From Eledone cirrhosa (lineage: Eukaryota): 64,000 nt of DNA. Positions 1 through 14,070 of this stretch are shown one piece after another. Position 1 is the first letter of the stretch, and the number at the start of each line of letters is the position of its first letter. The notes under the pieces were generated by a model, which did no database searches, was not told the DNA's origin, and saw only the letters and a program-made list of their open reading frames with translations. The position numbers and the translations under genes were made by a program. The DNA is taken from contig OZ024744.1 of the NCBI GenBank assembly GCA_964016885.1, positions 135,594,001 to 135,658,000 of the forward strand, read 5' to 3'.

Positions 1-3000
1 CCTACATACATGGGTTGGACAAGTTATTACAGACTATTGTCCTACATACATGGGTTGGACAAGTTATTACAGACTATTGTCCTACATACATGGATTGGAC
101 AAGTTATTACAGACTATATTGTCCTAGCTCTCATGGGTTGGACAAGTTATTACAGACTATTGTCCTACATACATGGGTTGGACAAGTTATTACAGACTAT
201 TGTCCTACCTGTCATTGGTTGGACAAGGTATTACAGACTATTGTCCTACCTGTCATGGGTTGGACAAGTTATTACAGACTATTGTCCTACATGTCATGGG
301 TTGGACAAGTTATTACAGACTATTGTCCTACATACATGGGTTGGACAAGTTATTACAGACTATTTCCTAGCTGTCATGGGTTGGACAAGTTATTACAGAC
401 TATTGTCCTACCTGTTATGGGATGGACAAGTTATTACAGACTATTTGCCTACCTGTCATCGGTTGGACAAGTTATTACAGACTATTGTCCTACATACATG
501 GGTTGGACAAGTTATTACAGACTATTGTCCTACCTGTCATGGGTTGGCCAAGTTATTACAGACTATTGTCCTACATACATAGGTTGGACAAGTTATTACA
601 GACTATTGTCCTACCTGTCATGGTTTGGACAAGTTATTACAGACTATTGTCCTACCTGTCATGGGTTGGCCAAGTTATTACAGACTATTGTCCTACCTGT
701 CATTGGTTGGACAAGTTATTACAGACTATTGTCCTACATACATGGGTTGGACAAGTTATTACAGACTATTGTCCTACATACATGGGTTGGACAAGTTATT
801 ACAGACTATTGTCCTAGCTGTCATGGGTTGGACAAGTTATTACAGACTATTGTCCTACCTGTTATGGGTTGGACAAGTTATTACAGACTATTGTCCTACA
901 TACATGGGTTGGACGAGTTATTACAGACTATTGTCCTACATACATGGGTTGGACAAGTTATTACAGACTATTGTCCTACATACATGGGTTGGACAAGTTA
1001 TTACAGACTATTGTCCTACATACATGGATTGGACAAGTTATTACAGACTATATTGTCCTAGCTCTCATGGGTTGGACAAGTTATTACAGACTATTGTCCT
1101 ACATACATGGGTTGGACAAGTTATTACCGACTATTGTCCTACCTGTCATGGGTTGGACAAGTTATTACACATTATTGTCCTACCTGTCATGGGTTGGGCA
1201 AGTTATTACAGACTATTGTCCTACCTGTCATAGGTTGGACAAGTTATTACAGGCTATTGACCTACATACATGGGTTGGACAAATTATTACAGACTATTGT
1301 ACTACCTGTCATGGGTTGGACAAGTTATTACAGGCTATTGTCCTACATACATGTGTTGGATAAGTTATTACAGACTATTGTCCTACCTGTCATAGGTTGG
1401 ACAAGGTATTACAGACTATTGTCCTACCTGTCATGGGTTGGACAAGTTATTACAGACTATTTTCCTACCTGTCATTGGTTGGACAAGGTATTACAGACTA
1501 TTGTCCTACCTGTCATGGGTTGGACAAGTTATTACAGACTATTGTACTACCTGTCATGGGTTGGACAAGTTATTACAGGCTATTGTCCTACATACATGGG
1601 TTGGACAAGTTATTACAGACTATTGTCCTACCTGTCATGCGTTGGACAAGTTATTACAGAATATCGTCTTACCTGTCATGGGTTGGACAAGTTATTACAG
1701 ACATTTGTCCTACATACATGGGTTGGACGAGTTATTACAGACTATTGTCCTACCTGTCATGGGTTGGACAAGTTATTACAGACTATTGTCCTACCTGTCA
1801 TGGGTTGGACAAGTTATTACAGATTATTCTCCTACATATATGGGTTGGACAAGTTATTACAGACTATTGTCCTACATACATGGGTTGGACAAGTTATTAC
1901 AGACTATTGCCCTACCTGTCATTGGTTGGACAAGGTATTACAGACTATTGTCCTACCTGTCATGGGTTGGACAAGTTATTACAGACTATTCTCCTACCTG
2001 TCATTGGTTGGACAAGGTATTACAGACTATTGTCCTACCTGTCATGGGTTGGACAAGTTATTACAGACTATTGTCCTACATGTCATGGGTTGGACAAGTT
2101 AATACAGACTATTGTCCTACATACATGGGTTGGACAAGTTATTACAGACTATTGTCGTAGCTGTCATGTGTTGGACAAGTTATTACAGACTATTGTCCTA
2201 CCTGTCATGGGATGGACAAGTTATTACAGACTATTGTCCTACCTGTCATCGGTTGGACAAGTTATTACAGACTATTGTCCTACCTGTCATGGGTTGGACA
2301 AGTTATTACACACTATTGTCCTACCTGTCATGGCTTGGACAAGTTATTACAGACAATCGTCCTACCTGTCATGGGTTGGACAAGTTATTACAGACTATTG
2401 TCCTACCTGTCATGGGTTGGACAAGTTATTACAGACTATTGTCCTACATACATGGGTTGGAGAAGTTATTACAGACTATTGTCCTACCTGTCATGGGATG
2501 GACAAGTTATTACAGACTATTGTCCTACCTGTCATTGGTTGGACAAGTTATTACAGACTATTGTCCTACCTGTCATGGGTTGGACAAGTTATTACAGACT
2601 ATTGTCCTACCTGTCATGGTTTGGACAAGTTATTACAGACTATTGTCCTACATACATGGGTTGGAGAAGTTATTACAGACTATTGTCCTACATACATGGG
2701 TTGGACAAGTTATTACAGACTATTGTCCTACCTGTCATTGGTTGGACAAGGTATTACAGACTATTGTCCTACCTGTCATGGGTTGGACAAGTTATTACAG
2801 ACTATTGTCCTACATGTCATGGGTTGGACAAGTTATTACAGACTATTGTCCTACATACATGGGTTGGACAAGTTATTACAGACTATTGTCCTAGCTGTCA
2901 TGGGTTGGACAAGTTATTACAGACTATTGTCCTACCTGTTATGGGATGGACAAGTTATTACAGACTATTTGCCTACCTGTCATCGGTTGGACAAGTTATT

Positions 3001-6000
3001 ACAGACTATTGTCCTACATACATGGGTTGGACAAGTTATTACAGACTATTGTCCTACCTGTCATGGGTTGGCCAAGTTATTACAGACTATTGTCCTACAT
3101 ACATAGGTTGGACAAGTTATTACAGACTATTGTCCTACCTGTCATGGTTTGGACAAGTTATTACAGACTATTGTCCTACCTGTCATGGGTTGGCCAAGTT
3201 ATTACAGACTATTGTCCTACCTGTCATTGGATGGACAAGTTATTACACACTATTGTCGTACATACATGGGTTGGACAAGTTATTACAGACTATTGTCCTA
3301 CATACATGGGTTGGACAAGTTATTACAGACTATTGTCCTACATACATGGGTTGGACAAGTTATTACAGACTATTGTCCTAGCTGTCATGGGTTGGACAAG
3401 TTATTACAGACTATTGTCCTACCTGTTATGGGTTGGACAAGTTATTACAGACTATTGTCCTACATACATGGGTTGGACGAGTTATTACAGACTATTGTCC
3501 TACATACATGGGTTGGACAAGTTATTACAGACTATTGTCCTACATACATGGGTTGGACAAGTTATTACAGACTATTGTCCTACATACATGGATTGGACAA
3601 GTTATTACAGACTATATTGTCCTAGCTCTCATGGGTTGGACAAGTTATTACAGACTATTGTCCTACATACATGGGTTGGACAAGTTATTACAGACTATTG
3701 TCCTACCTGTCATTGGTTGGACAAGGTATTACAGACTATTGTCCTACCTGTCATGGGTTGGACAAGTTATTACAGACTATTGTCCTACATGTCATGGGTT
3801 GGACAAGTTATTACAGACTATTGTCCTACATACATGGGTTGGACAAGTTATTACAGACTATTGTCCTAGCTGTCATGGGTTGGACAAGTTATTACAGACT
3901 ATTGTCCTACCTGTTATGGGATGGACAAGTTATTACAGACTATTTGCCTACCTGTCATCGGTTGGACAAGTTATTACAGACTATTGTCCTACATACATGG
4001 GTTGGACAAGTTATTACAGACTATTGTCCTACCTGTCATGGGTTGGCCAAGTTATTACAGACTATTGTCCTACATACATAGGTTGGACAAGTTATTACAG
4101 ACTATTGTCCTACCTGTCATGGTTTGGACAAGTTATTACAGACTATTGTCCTACCTGTCATGGGTTGGCCAAGTTATTACAGACTATTGTCCTACCTGTC
4201 ATTGGATGGACAAGTTATTACACACTATTGTCGTACATACATGGGTTGGACAAGTTATTACAGACTATTGTCCTACATACATGGGTTGGACAAGTTATTA
4301 CAGACTATTGTCCTACATACATGGGTTGGACAAGTTATTACAGACTATTGTCCTAGCTGTCATGGGTTGGACAAGTTATTACAGACTATTGTCCTACCTG
4401 TTATGGGTTGGACAAGTTATTACAGACTATTGTCCTACATACATGGGTTGGACGAGTTATTACAGACTATTGTCCTACATACATGGGTTGGACAAGTTAT
4501 TACAGACTATTGTCCTACATACATGGGTTGGACAAGTTATTACAGACTATTGTCCTACATACATGGATTGGACAAGTTATTACAGACTATATTGTCCTAG
4601 CTCTCATGGGTTGGACAAGTTATTACAGACTATTGTCCTACATACATGGGTTGGACAAGTTATTACAGACTATTGTCCTACCTGTCATTGGTTGGACAAG
4701 GTATTACAGACTATTGTCCTACCTGTCATGGGTTGGACAAGTTATTACAGACTATTGTCCTACATGTCATGGGTTGGACAAGTTATTACAGACTATTGTC
4801 CTACATACATGGGTTGGACAAGTTATTACAGACTATTGTCCTAGCTGTCATGGGTTGGACAAGTTATTACAGACTATTGTCCTACCTGTTATGGGATGGA
4901 CAAGTTATTACAGACTATTTGCCTACCTGTCATCGGTTGGACAAGTTATTACAGACTATTGTCCTACATACATGGGTTGGACAAGTTATTACAGACTATT
5001 GTCCTACCTGTCATGGGTTGGCCAAGTTATTACAGACTATTGTCCTACATACATAGGTTGGACAAGTTATTACAGACTATTGTCCTACCTGTCATGGTTT
5101 GGACAAGTTATTACAGACTATTGTCCTACCTGTCATGGGTTGGCCAAGTTATTACAGACTATTGTCCTACCTGTCATTGGTTGGACAAGTTATTACAGAC
5201 TATTGTCCTACATACATGGGTTGGACAAGTTATTACAGACTATTGTCCTACATACATGGGTTGGACAAGTTATTACAGACTATTGTCCTAGCTGTCATGG
5301 GTTGGACAAGTTATTACAGACTATTGTCCTACCTGTTATGGGTTGGACAAGTTATTACAGACTATTGTCCTACATACATGGGTTGGACGAGTTATTACAG
5401 ACTATTGTCCTACATACATGGGTTGGACAAGTTATTACAGACTATTGTCCTACATACATGGGTTGGACAAGTTATTACAGACTATTGTCCTACATACATG
5501 GATTGGACAATTTATTACAGACTATATTGTCCTAGCTCTCATGGGTTGGACAAGTTATTACAGACTATTGTCCTACATACATGGGTTGGACAAGTTATTA
5601 CCGACTATTGTCCTACCTGTCATGGGTTGGACAAGTTATTACACATTATTGTCCTACCTGTCATGGGTTGGGCAAGTTATTACAGACTATTGTCCTACCT
5701 GTCATAGGTTGGACAAGTTATTACAGGCTATTGACCTACATACATGGGTTGGACAAATTATTACAGACTATTGTACTACCTGTCATGGGTTGGACAAGTT
5801 ATTACAGGCTATTGTCCTACATACATGTGTTGGATAAGTTATTACAGACTATTGTCCTACCTGTCATAGGTTGGACAAGGTATTACAGACTATTGTCCTA
5901 CCTGTCATGGGTTGGACAAGTTATTACAGACTATTTTCCTACCTGTCATTGGTTGGACAAGGTATTACAGACTATTGTCCTACCTGTCATGGGTTGGACA

Positions 6001-6754
6001 AGTTATTACAGACTATTGTACTACCTGTCATGGGTTGGACAAGTTATTACAGGCTATTGTCCTACATACATGGGTTGGACAAGTTATTACAGACTATTGT
6101 CCTACCTGTCATGCGTTGGACAAGTTATTACAGAATATCGTCTTACCTGTCATGGGTTGGACAAGTTATTACAGACATTTGTCCTACATACATGGGTTGG
6201 ACGAGTTATTACAGACTATTGTCCTACCTGTCATGGGTTGGACAAGTTATTACAGACTATTGTCCTACCTGTCATGGGTTGGACAAGTTATTACAGATTA
6301 TTCTCCTACATATATGGGTTGGACAAGTTATTACAGACTATTGTCCTACATACATGGGTTGGACAAGTTATTACAGACTATTGCCCTACCTGTCATTGGT
6401 TGGACAAGGTATTACAGACTATTGTCCTACCTGTCATGGGTTGGACAAGTTATTACAGACTATTCTCCTACCTGTCATTGGTTGGACAAGGTATTACAGA
6501 CTATTGTCCTACCTGTCATGGGTTGGACAAGTTATTACAGACTATTGTCCTACATGTCATGGGTTGGACAAGTTAATACAGACTATTGTCCTACATACAT
6601 GGGTTGGACAAGTTATTACAGACTATTGTCGTAGCTGTCATGTGTTGGACAAGTTATTACAGACTATTGTCCTACCTGTCATGGGATGGACAAGTTATTA
6701 CAGACTATTGTCCTACCTGTCATCGGTTGGACAAGTTATTACAGACTATTGTCC
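1..6754. repeat. Large duplication inside array A: ~1-2280 recurs at ~4474-6754 (offset 4474 bp)
   Basis: Matching ORF-track entries at a constant offset (422/4896, 625/5099, 869/5343, 1107/5581, 1438/5912, 2112/6586). Rare variants (GAATATCGTCTT, GACATTTGTCC, AAGTTAATAC) occur in the same order. Boundaries are approximate. Confidence 0.88.
2690..5520. repeat. Higher-order repeat of array A, 975 bp (~24 monomers; 935-bp form lacks one 40-mer), about 3 tandem copies
   Basis: The diagnostic AGACTATATTGTCCTAGCTCTC monomer starts at 111, 1045, 3609, 4584, 5519, 9591 and 10526 (spacings 934, 975, 935, 935). The ORFs at 2946/3921 and 3149/4124 are identical pairs. Confidence 0.9.
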
Positions 6755-9700
6755 TACATACATGGGTTGGACAAGTTATTACAGACTATTGTCCTACCTG
6801 TCATGGGATGGACAAGTTATTACAGACTATTGTCCTACCTGTCATGGATTGGGCAAGTTATTACAGAGTATTGTCCTACATACATGGGTTGGACAAGTTA
6901 TTACAGACTATTGTCCTACCTGTCATTGGTTGGACAAGGTATTACAGACTATTGTCCTACCTGTCATGGGTTGGACAAGTTATTAGAGACTATTTTCCTA
7001 CCTGTCATTGGTTGGACAAGGTATTACAGACTATTGTCCTACCTGTCATGGGTTGGGCAAGTTATTACAGAGTATTGTCCTACATACATGGGTTGGACAA
7101 GGTATTACAGACTATTGTCCTACCTGTCATGGATTGGACAAGTTATTACAGACTATTGTCCTACCTGTCATGGCTTGGACAAGTTATTACAGACTATTGT
7201 CCTAAATACATGGGTTGGACAAGTTATTACAGACTATTGTCCTACCTGTCATGGGTTGGACAAGTTATTACACACTATTGTCCTACCTGTCATGGGTTGG
7301 ACAAGTTATTACAGACTATTCTCCGACCTGTCATTGGTTGGACAAGGTATTACAGACTATTGTCCTACCTGTCATGGGTTGGACAAGTTATTACAGACTA
7401 TTGTCCTACCTGTCATGGTTTGGACAAGTTATTACAGACTATTGTCCTACATATATGGGTTGGACAAGTTATTACAGACTATTGTCCTACATACATGGGT
7501 TGGACAAGTTATTACAGACTATTGTCCTACCTGTCATTGGTTGGACAAGGTATTACAGACTATTGTCCTACCTGTCATGGGTTGGACAAGTTATTACAGA
7601 CTATTCTCCTACCTGTCATTGGTTGGACAAGGTATTACAGACTATTGTCCTACCTGTCATGGGTTGGACAAGTTATTACAGACTATTGTCCTACATGTCA
7701 TGGGTTGGACAAGTTATTACAGACTATTGTCCTACATACATGGGTTGGACAAGTTATTACAGACTATTGTCGTAGCTGTCATGGGTTGGACAAGTTATTA
7801 CAGACTATTGTCCTACCTGTCATGGGATGGACAAGTTATTACAGACTATTGTCCTACCTGTCATGGGTTGGACAAGTTATTACAGACTATTGTCCTACCT
7901 GTCATCGGTTGGACAAGTTATTACAGACTATTGTCCTACATACATGGGTTGGACAAGTTATTACAGACTATTGTCCTACCTGTCATGGGATGGACAAGTT
8001 ATTACAGACTATTGCCCTACCTGTCATGGGTTGGGCAAGTTATTACAGAGTATTGTCCTACATACATGGGTTGGATAAGTTATTACAGACTATTGTCCTA
8101 CCTGTCATTGGTTGGACAAGGTATTACAGACTATTGTCCTACCTGTCATGGGTTGGACAAATTATTAGAGACTATTTTCCTACCTGTCATTGGTTGGACA
8201 AGGTATTACAGACTATTGTCCTACCTGTCATGGGTTGGACAAGTTATTACAGACTATTGTCCTACCTGTCATGGGTTGGACAAGTTATTACACACTATTG
8301 TCCTACCTGTCATGGCTTGGACAAGTTATTACAGACAATCGTCCTACCTGTCATGGGTTGGACAAGTTATTACAGACTATTGTCCTACCTGTCATGGGTT
8401 GGACAAGTTATTACAGACTATTGTCCTACATACATGGGTTGGAGAAGTTATTACAGACTATTGTCCTACCTGTCATGGGATGGACAAGTTATTACAGACT
8501 ATTGTCCTACCTGTCATTGGTTGGACAAGTTATTACAGACTATTGTCCTACCTGTCATGGGTTGGACAAGTTATTACAGACTATTGTCCTACCTGTCATG
8601 GTTTGGACAAGTTATTACAGACTATTGTCCTACATACATGGGTTGGAGAAGTTATTACAGACTATTGTCCTACATACATGGGTTGGACAAGTTATTACAG
8701 ACTATTGTCCTACCTGTCATTGGTTGGACAAGGTATTACAGACTATTGTCCTACCTGTCATGGGTTGGACAAGTTATTACAGACTATTGTCCTACATGTC
8801 ATGGGTTGGACAAGTTATTACAGACTATTGTCCTACATACATGGGTTGGACAAGTTATTACAGACTATTGTCCTAGCTGTCATGGGTTGGACAAGTTATT
8901 ACAGACTATTGTCCTACCTGTTATGGGATGGACAAGTTATTACAGACTATTTGCCTACCTGTCATCGGTTGGACAAGTTATTACAGACTATTGTCCTACA
9001 TACATGGGTTGGACAAGTTATTACAGACTATTGTCCTACCTGTCATGGGTTGGCCAAGTTATTACAGACTATTGTCCTACATACATAGGTTGGACAAGTT
9101 ATTACAGACTATTGTCCTACCTGTCATGGTTTGGACAAGTTATTACAGACTATTGTCCTACCTGTCATGGGTTGGCCAAGTTATTACAGACTATTGTCCT
9201 ACCTGTCATTGGATGGACAAGTTATTACACACTATTGTCGTACATACATGGGTTGGACAAGTTATTACAGACTATTGTCCTACATACATGGGTTGGACAA
9301 GTTATTACAGACTATTGTCCTACATACATGGGTTGGACAAGTTATTACAGACTATTGTCCTAGCTGTCATGGGTTGGACAAGTTATTACAGACTATTGTC
9401 CTACCTGTTATGGGTTGGACAAGTTATTACAGACTATTGTCCTACATACATGGGTTGGACGAGTTATTACAGACTATTGTCCTACATACATGGGTTGGAC
9501 AAGTTATTACAGACTATTGTCCTACATACATGGGTTGGACAAGTTATTACAGACTATTGTCCTACATACATGGATTGGACAAGTTATTACAGACTATATT
9601 GTCCTAGCTCTCATGGGTTGGACAAGTTATTACAGACTATTGTCCTACATACATGGGTTGGACAAGTTATTACAGACTATTGTCCTACCTGTCATTGGTT

Positions 9701-11680
9701 GGACAAGGTATTACAGACTATTGTCCTACCTGTCATGGGTTGGACAAGTTATTACAGACTATTGTCCTACATGTCATGGGTTGGACAAGTTATTACAGAC
9801 TATTGTCCTACATACATGGGTTGGACAAGTTATTACAGACTATTGTCCTAGCTGTCATGGGTTGGACAAGTTATTACAGACTATTGTCCTACCTGTTATG
9901 GGATGGACAAGTTATTACAGACTATTTGCCTACCTGTCATCGGTTGGACAAGTTATTACAGACTATTGTCCTACATACATGGGTTGGACAAGTTATTACA
10001 GACTATTGTCCTACCTGTCATGGGTTGGCCAAGTTATTACAGACTATTGTCCTACATACATAGGTTGGACAAGTTATTACAGACTATTGTCCTACCTGTC
10101 ATGGTTTGGACAAGTTATTACAGACTATTGTCCTACCTGTCATGGGTTGGCCAAGTTATTACAGACTATTGTCCTACCTGTCATTGGTTGGACAAGTTAT
10201 TACAGACTATTGTCCTACATACATGGGTTGGACAAGTTATTACAGACTATTGTCCTACATACATGGGTTGGACAAGTTATTACAGACTATTGTCCTAGCT
10301 GTCATGGGTTGGACAAGTTATTACAGACTATTGTCCTACCTGTTATGGGTTGGACAAGTTATTACAGACTATTGTCCTACATACATGGGTTGGACGAGTT
10401 ATTACAGACTATTGTCCTACATACATGGGTTGGACAAGTTATTGCAGACTATTGTCCTACATACATGGGTTGGACAAGTTATTACAGACTATTGTCCTAC
10501 ATACATGGATTGGACAAGTTATTACAGACTATATTGTCCTAGCTCTCATGGGTTGGACAAGTTATTACAGACTATTGTCCTACATACATGGGTTGGACAA
10601 GTTATTACCGACTATTGTCCTACCTGTCATGGGTTGGACAAGTTATTACACATTATTGTCCTACCTGTCATGGGTTGGGCAAGTTATTACAGACTATTGT
10701 CCTACCTGTCATAGGTTGGACAAGTTATTACAGGCTATTGACCTACATACATGGGTTGGACAAATTATTACAGACTATTGTACTACCTGTCATGGGTTGG
10801 ACAAGTTATTACAGGCTATTGTCCTACATACATGTGTTGGATAAGTTATTACAGACTATTGTCCTACCTGTCATAGGTTGGACAAGGTATTACAGACTAT
10901 TGTCCTACCTGTCATGGGTTGGACAAGTTATTACAGACTATTTCCTACCTGTCATTGGTTGGACAAGGTATTACAGACTATTGTCCTACCTGTCATGGGT
11001 TGGACAAGTTATTACAGACTATTGTACTACCTGTCATGGGTTGGACAAGTTATTACAGGCTATTGTCCTACATACATGGGTTGGACAAGTTATTACAGAC
11101 TATTGTCCTACCTGTCATGGGTTGGACAAGTTATTACACACTATTGTCCTACCTGTCATGGGTTGGACAAGTTATTACAGACTATTGTCCTACCTGTCAT
11201 TGGTTGGACAAGTTATTACAGACTATTGCCCTACCTGGCATGGGCTGGACAAGTTATTACAGACTATTGTCTTACATACATGGGTTGGACAACTTATTAC
11301 AGACTATTGTCCTACCTGTCATGGGTTGGACAAATTATTACACACTATTGTCCTACCTGTCATGGGTTGGACAAGTTATTACAGACTATTCTCCGACCTG
11401 TCATTGGTTGGACAAGGTATTACAGACTATTGTCCTACCTGTCATGGGTTGGACAAGTTATTACAGACTATTCTCCGACCTGTCATTGGTTGGACAAGGT
11501 ATTACAGACTATTGTCCTACCTGTCATGGGTTGGACAAGTTATTACAGACTATTCTCCGACCTGTCATTGGTTGGACAAGTTATTACAGACTATTGTCCT
11601 ACATGTCATGGGTTGGACAAGTTATTACAGACTATTGTCCTACCTGTCATGGTTTGGACAAGTTATTACAGACTATTGTC

Positions 11681-14070
11681 CTACATATATGGGTTGGACA
11701 AGTTATTACAGACTATTGTCCTACATACATGGGTTGGACAAGTTATTACAGACTATTGCCCTACCTGTCATTGGTTGGACAAGGTATTACAGACTATTGT
11801 CCTACCTGTCATGGGTTGGACAAGTTATTACAGACTATTCTCCTACCTGTCATTGGTTGGACAAGGTATTACAGACTATTGTCCTACCTGTCATGGGTTG
11901 GACAAGTTATTACAGACTATTGTCCTACATGTCATGGGTTGGACAAGTTAATACAGACTATTGTCCTACATACATGGGTTGGACAAGTTATTACAGACTA
12001 TTGTCGTAGCTGTCATGTGTTGGACAAGTTATTACAGACTATTGTCCTACCTGTCATGGGATGGACAAGTTATTACAGACTATTGTCCTACCTGTCATCG
12101 GTTGGACAAGTTATTACAGACTATTGTCCTACATACATGGGTTGGACAAGTTATTACAGACTATTGTCCTACCTGTCATGGGATGGACAAGTTATTACAG
12201 ACTATTGTCCTACCTGTCATGGATTGGGCAAGTTATTACAGAGTATTGTCCTACATACATGGGTTGGACAAGTTATTACAGACTATTGTCCTACCTGTCA
12301 TTGGTTGGACAAGGTATTACAGACTATTGTCCTACCTGTCATGGGTTGGACAAGTTATTAGAGACTATTTTCCTACCTGTCATTGGTTGGACAAGGTATT
12401 ACAGACTATTGTCCTACCTGTCATGGGTTGGGCAAGTTATTACAGAGTATTGTCCTACATACATGGGTTGGACAAGGTATTACAGACTATTGTCCTACCT
12501 GTCATGGATTGGACAAGTTATTACAGACTATTGTCCTACCTGTCATGGCTTGGACAAGTTATTACAGACTATTGTCCTAAATACATGGGTTGGACAAGTT
12601 ATTACAGACTATTGTCCTACCTGTCATGAGTTGGACAAGTTATTAGACTATTGTCCTACCTGAATTGGGTTGGAAAAGTTATTACAGACTATTGTCCTAC
12701 CTGTCATGCGTTGGACAAGTTATTACAGAATATCGTCTTACCTGTCATGGGTTGGACAAGTTATTACAGACATTTGTCCTACATACATGGGTTGGACGAG
12801 TTATTACAGACTATTGTCCTACCTGTCATGGGTTGGACAAGTTATTACAGACTATTGTCCTACCTGTCATGGGTTGGACAAGTTATTACAGATTATTCTC
12901 CTACATATATGGGTTGGACAAGTTATTACAGACTATTGTCCTACATACATGGGTTGGACAAGTTATTACAGACTATTGCCCTACCTGTCATTGGTTGGAC
13001 AAGGTATTACAGACTATTGTCCTACCTGTCATGGGTTGGACAAGTTATTACAGACTATTCTCCTACCTGTCATTGGTTGGACAAGGTATTACAGACTATT
13101 GTCCTACCTGTCATGGGTTGGACAAGTTATTACAGACTATTGTCCTACATGTCATGGGTTGGACAAGTTAATACAGACTATTGTCCTACATACATGGGTT
13201 GGACAAGTTATTACAGACTATTGTCGTAGCTGTCATGTGTTGGACAAGTTATTACAGACTATTGTCCTACCTGTCATGGGATGGACAAGTTATTACAGAC
13301 TATTGTCCTACCTGTCATCGGTTGGACAAGTTATTACAGACTATTGTCCTACATACATGGGTTGGACAAGTTATTACAGACTATTGTCCTACCTGTCATG
13401 GGATGGACAAGTTATTACAGACTATTGTCCTACCTGTCATGGATTGGGCAAGTTATTACAGAGTATTGTCCTACATACATGGGTTGGACAAGTTATTACA
13501 GACTATTGTCCTACCTGTCATTGGTTGGACAAGGTATTACAGACTATTGTCCTACCTGTCATGGGTTGGACAAGTTATTAGAGACTATTTTCCTACCTGT
13601 CATTGGTTGGACAAGGTATTACAGACTATTGTCCTACCTGTCATGGGTTGGGCAAGTTATTACAGAGTATTGTCCTACATACATGGGTTGGACAAGGTAT
13701 TACAGACTATTGTCCTACCTGTCATGGATTGGACAAGTTATTACAGACTATTGTCCTACCTGTCATGGCTTGGACAAGTTATTACAGACTATTGTCCTAA
13801 ATACATGGGTTGGACAAGTTATTACAGACTATTGTCCTACCTGTCATGAGTTGGACAAGTTATTAGACTATTGTCCTACCTGAATTGGGTTGGACAAGTT
13901 ATTACAGACTATTGTCCTACCTGTCATGCGTTGGACAAGTTATTACAGAATATCGTCTTACTTGTCATGGGTTGGACAAGTTATTACAGACATTTGTCCT
14001 ACATACATGGGTTGGACGAGTTATTACAGACTATTGTCCTACCTGTCATGGGTTGGACAAGTTATTACAG
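11681..14070. repeat. 1220-bp tandem duplication (~30 monomers) inside array A
   Basis: ORF offsets are 11961/13181, 12061/13281, 12383/13603 and 12651/13871. Both copies share the private variant CATGAGTTGGACAAGTTATTAGACTATTGTCCTACCTGAATT. Confidence 0.9.
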
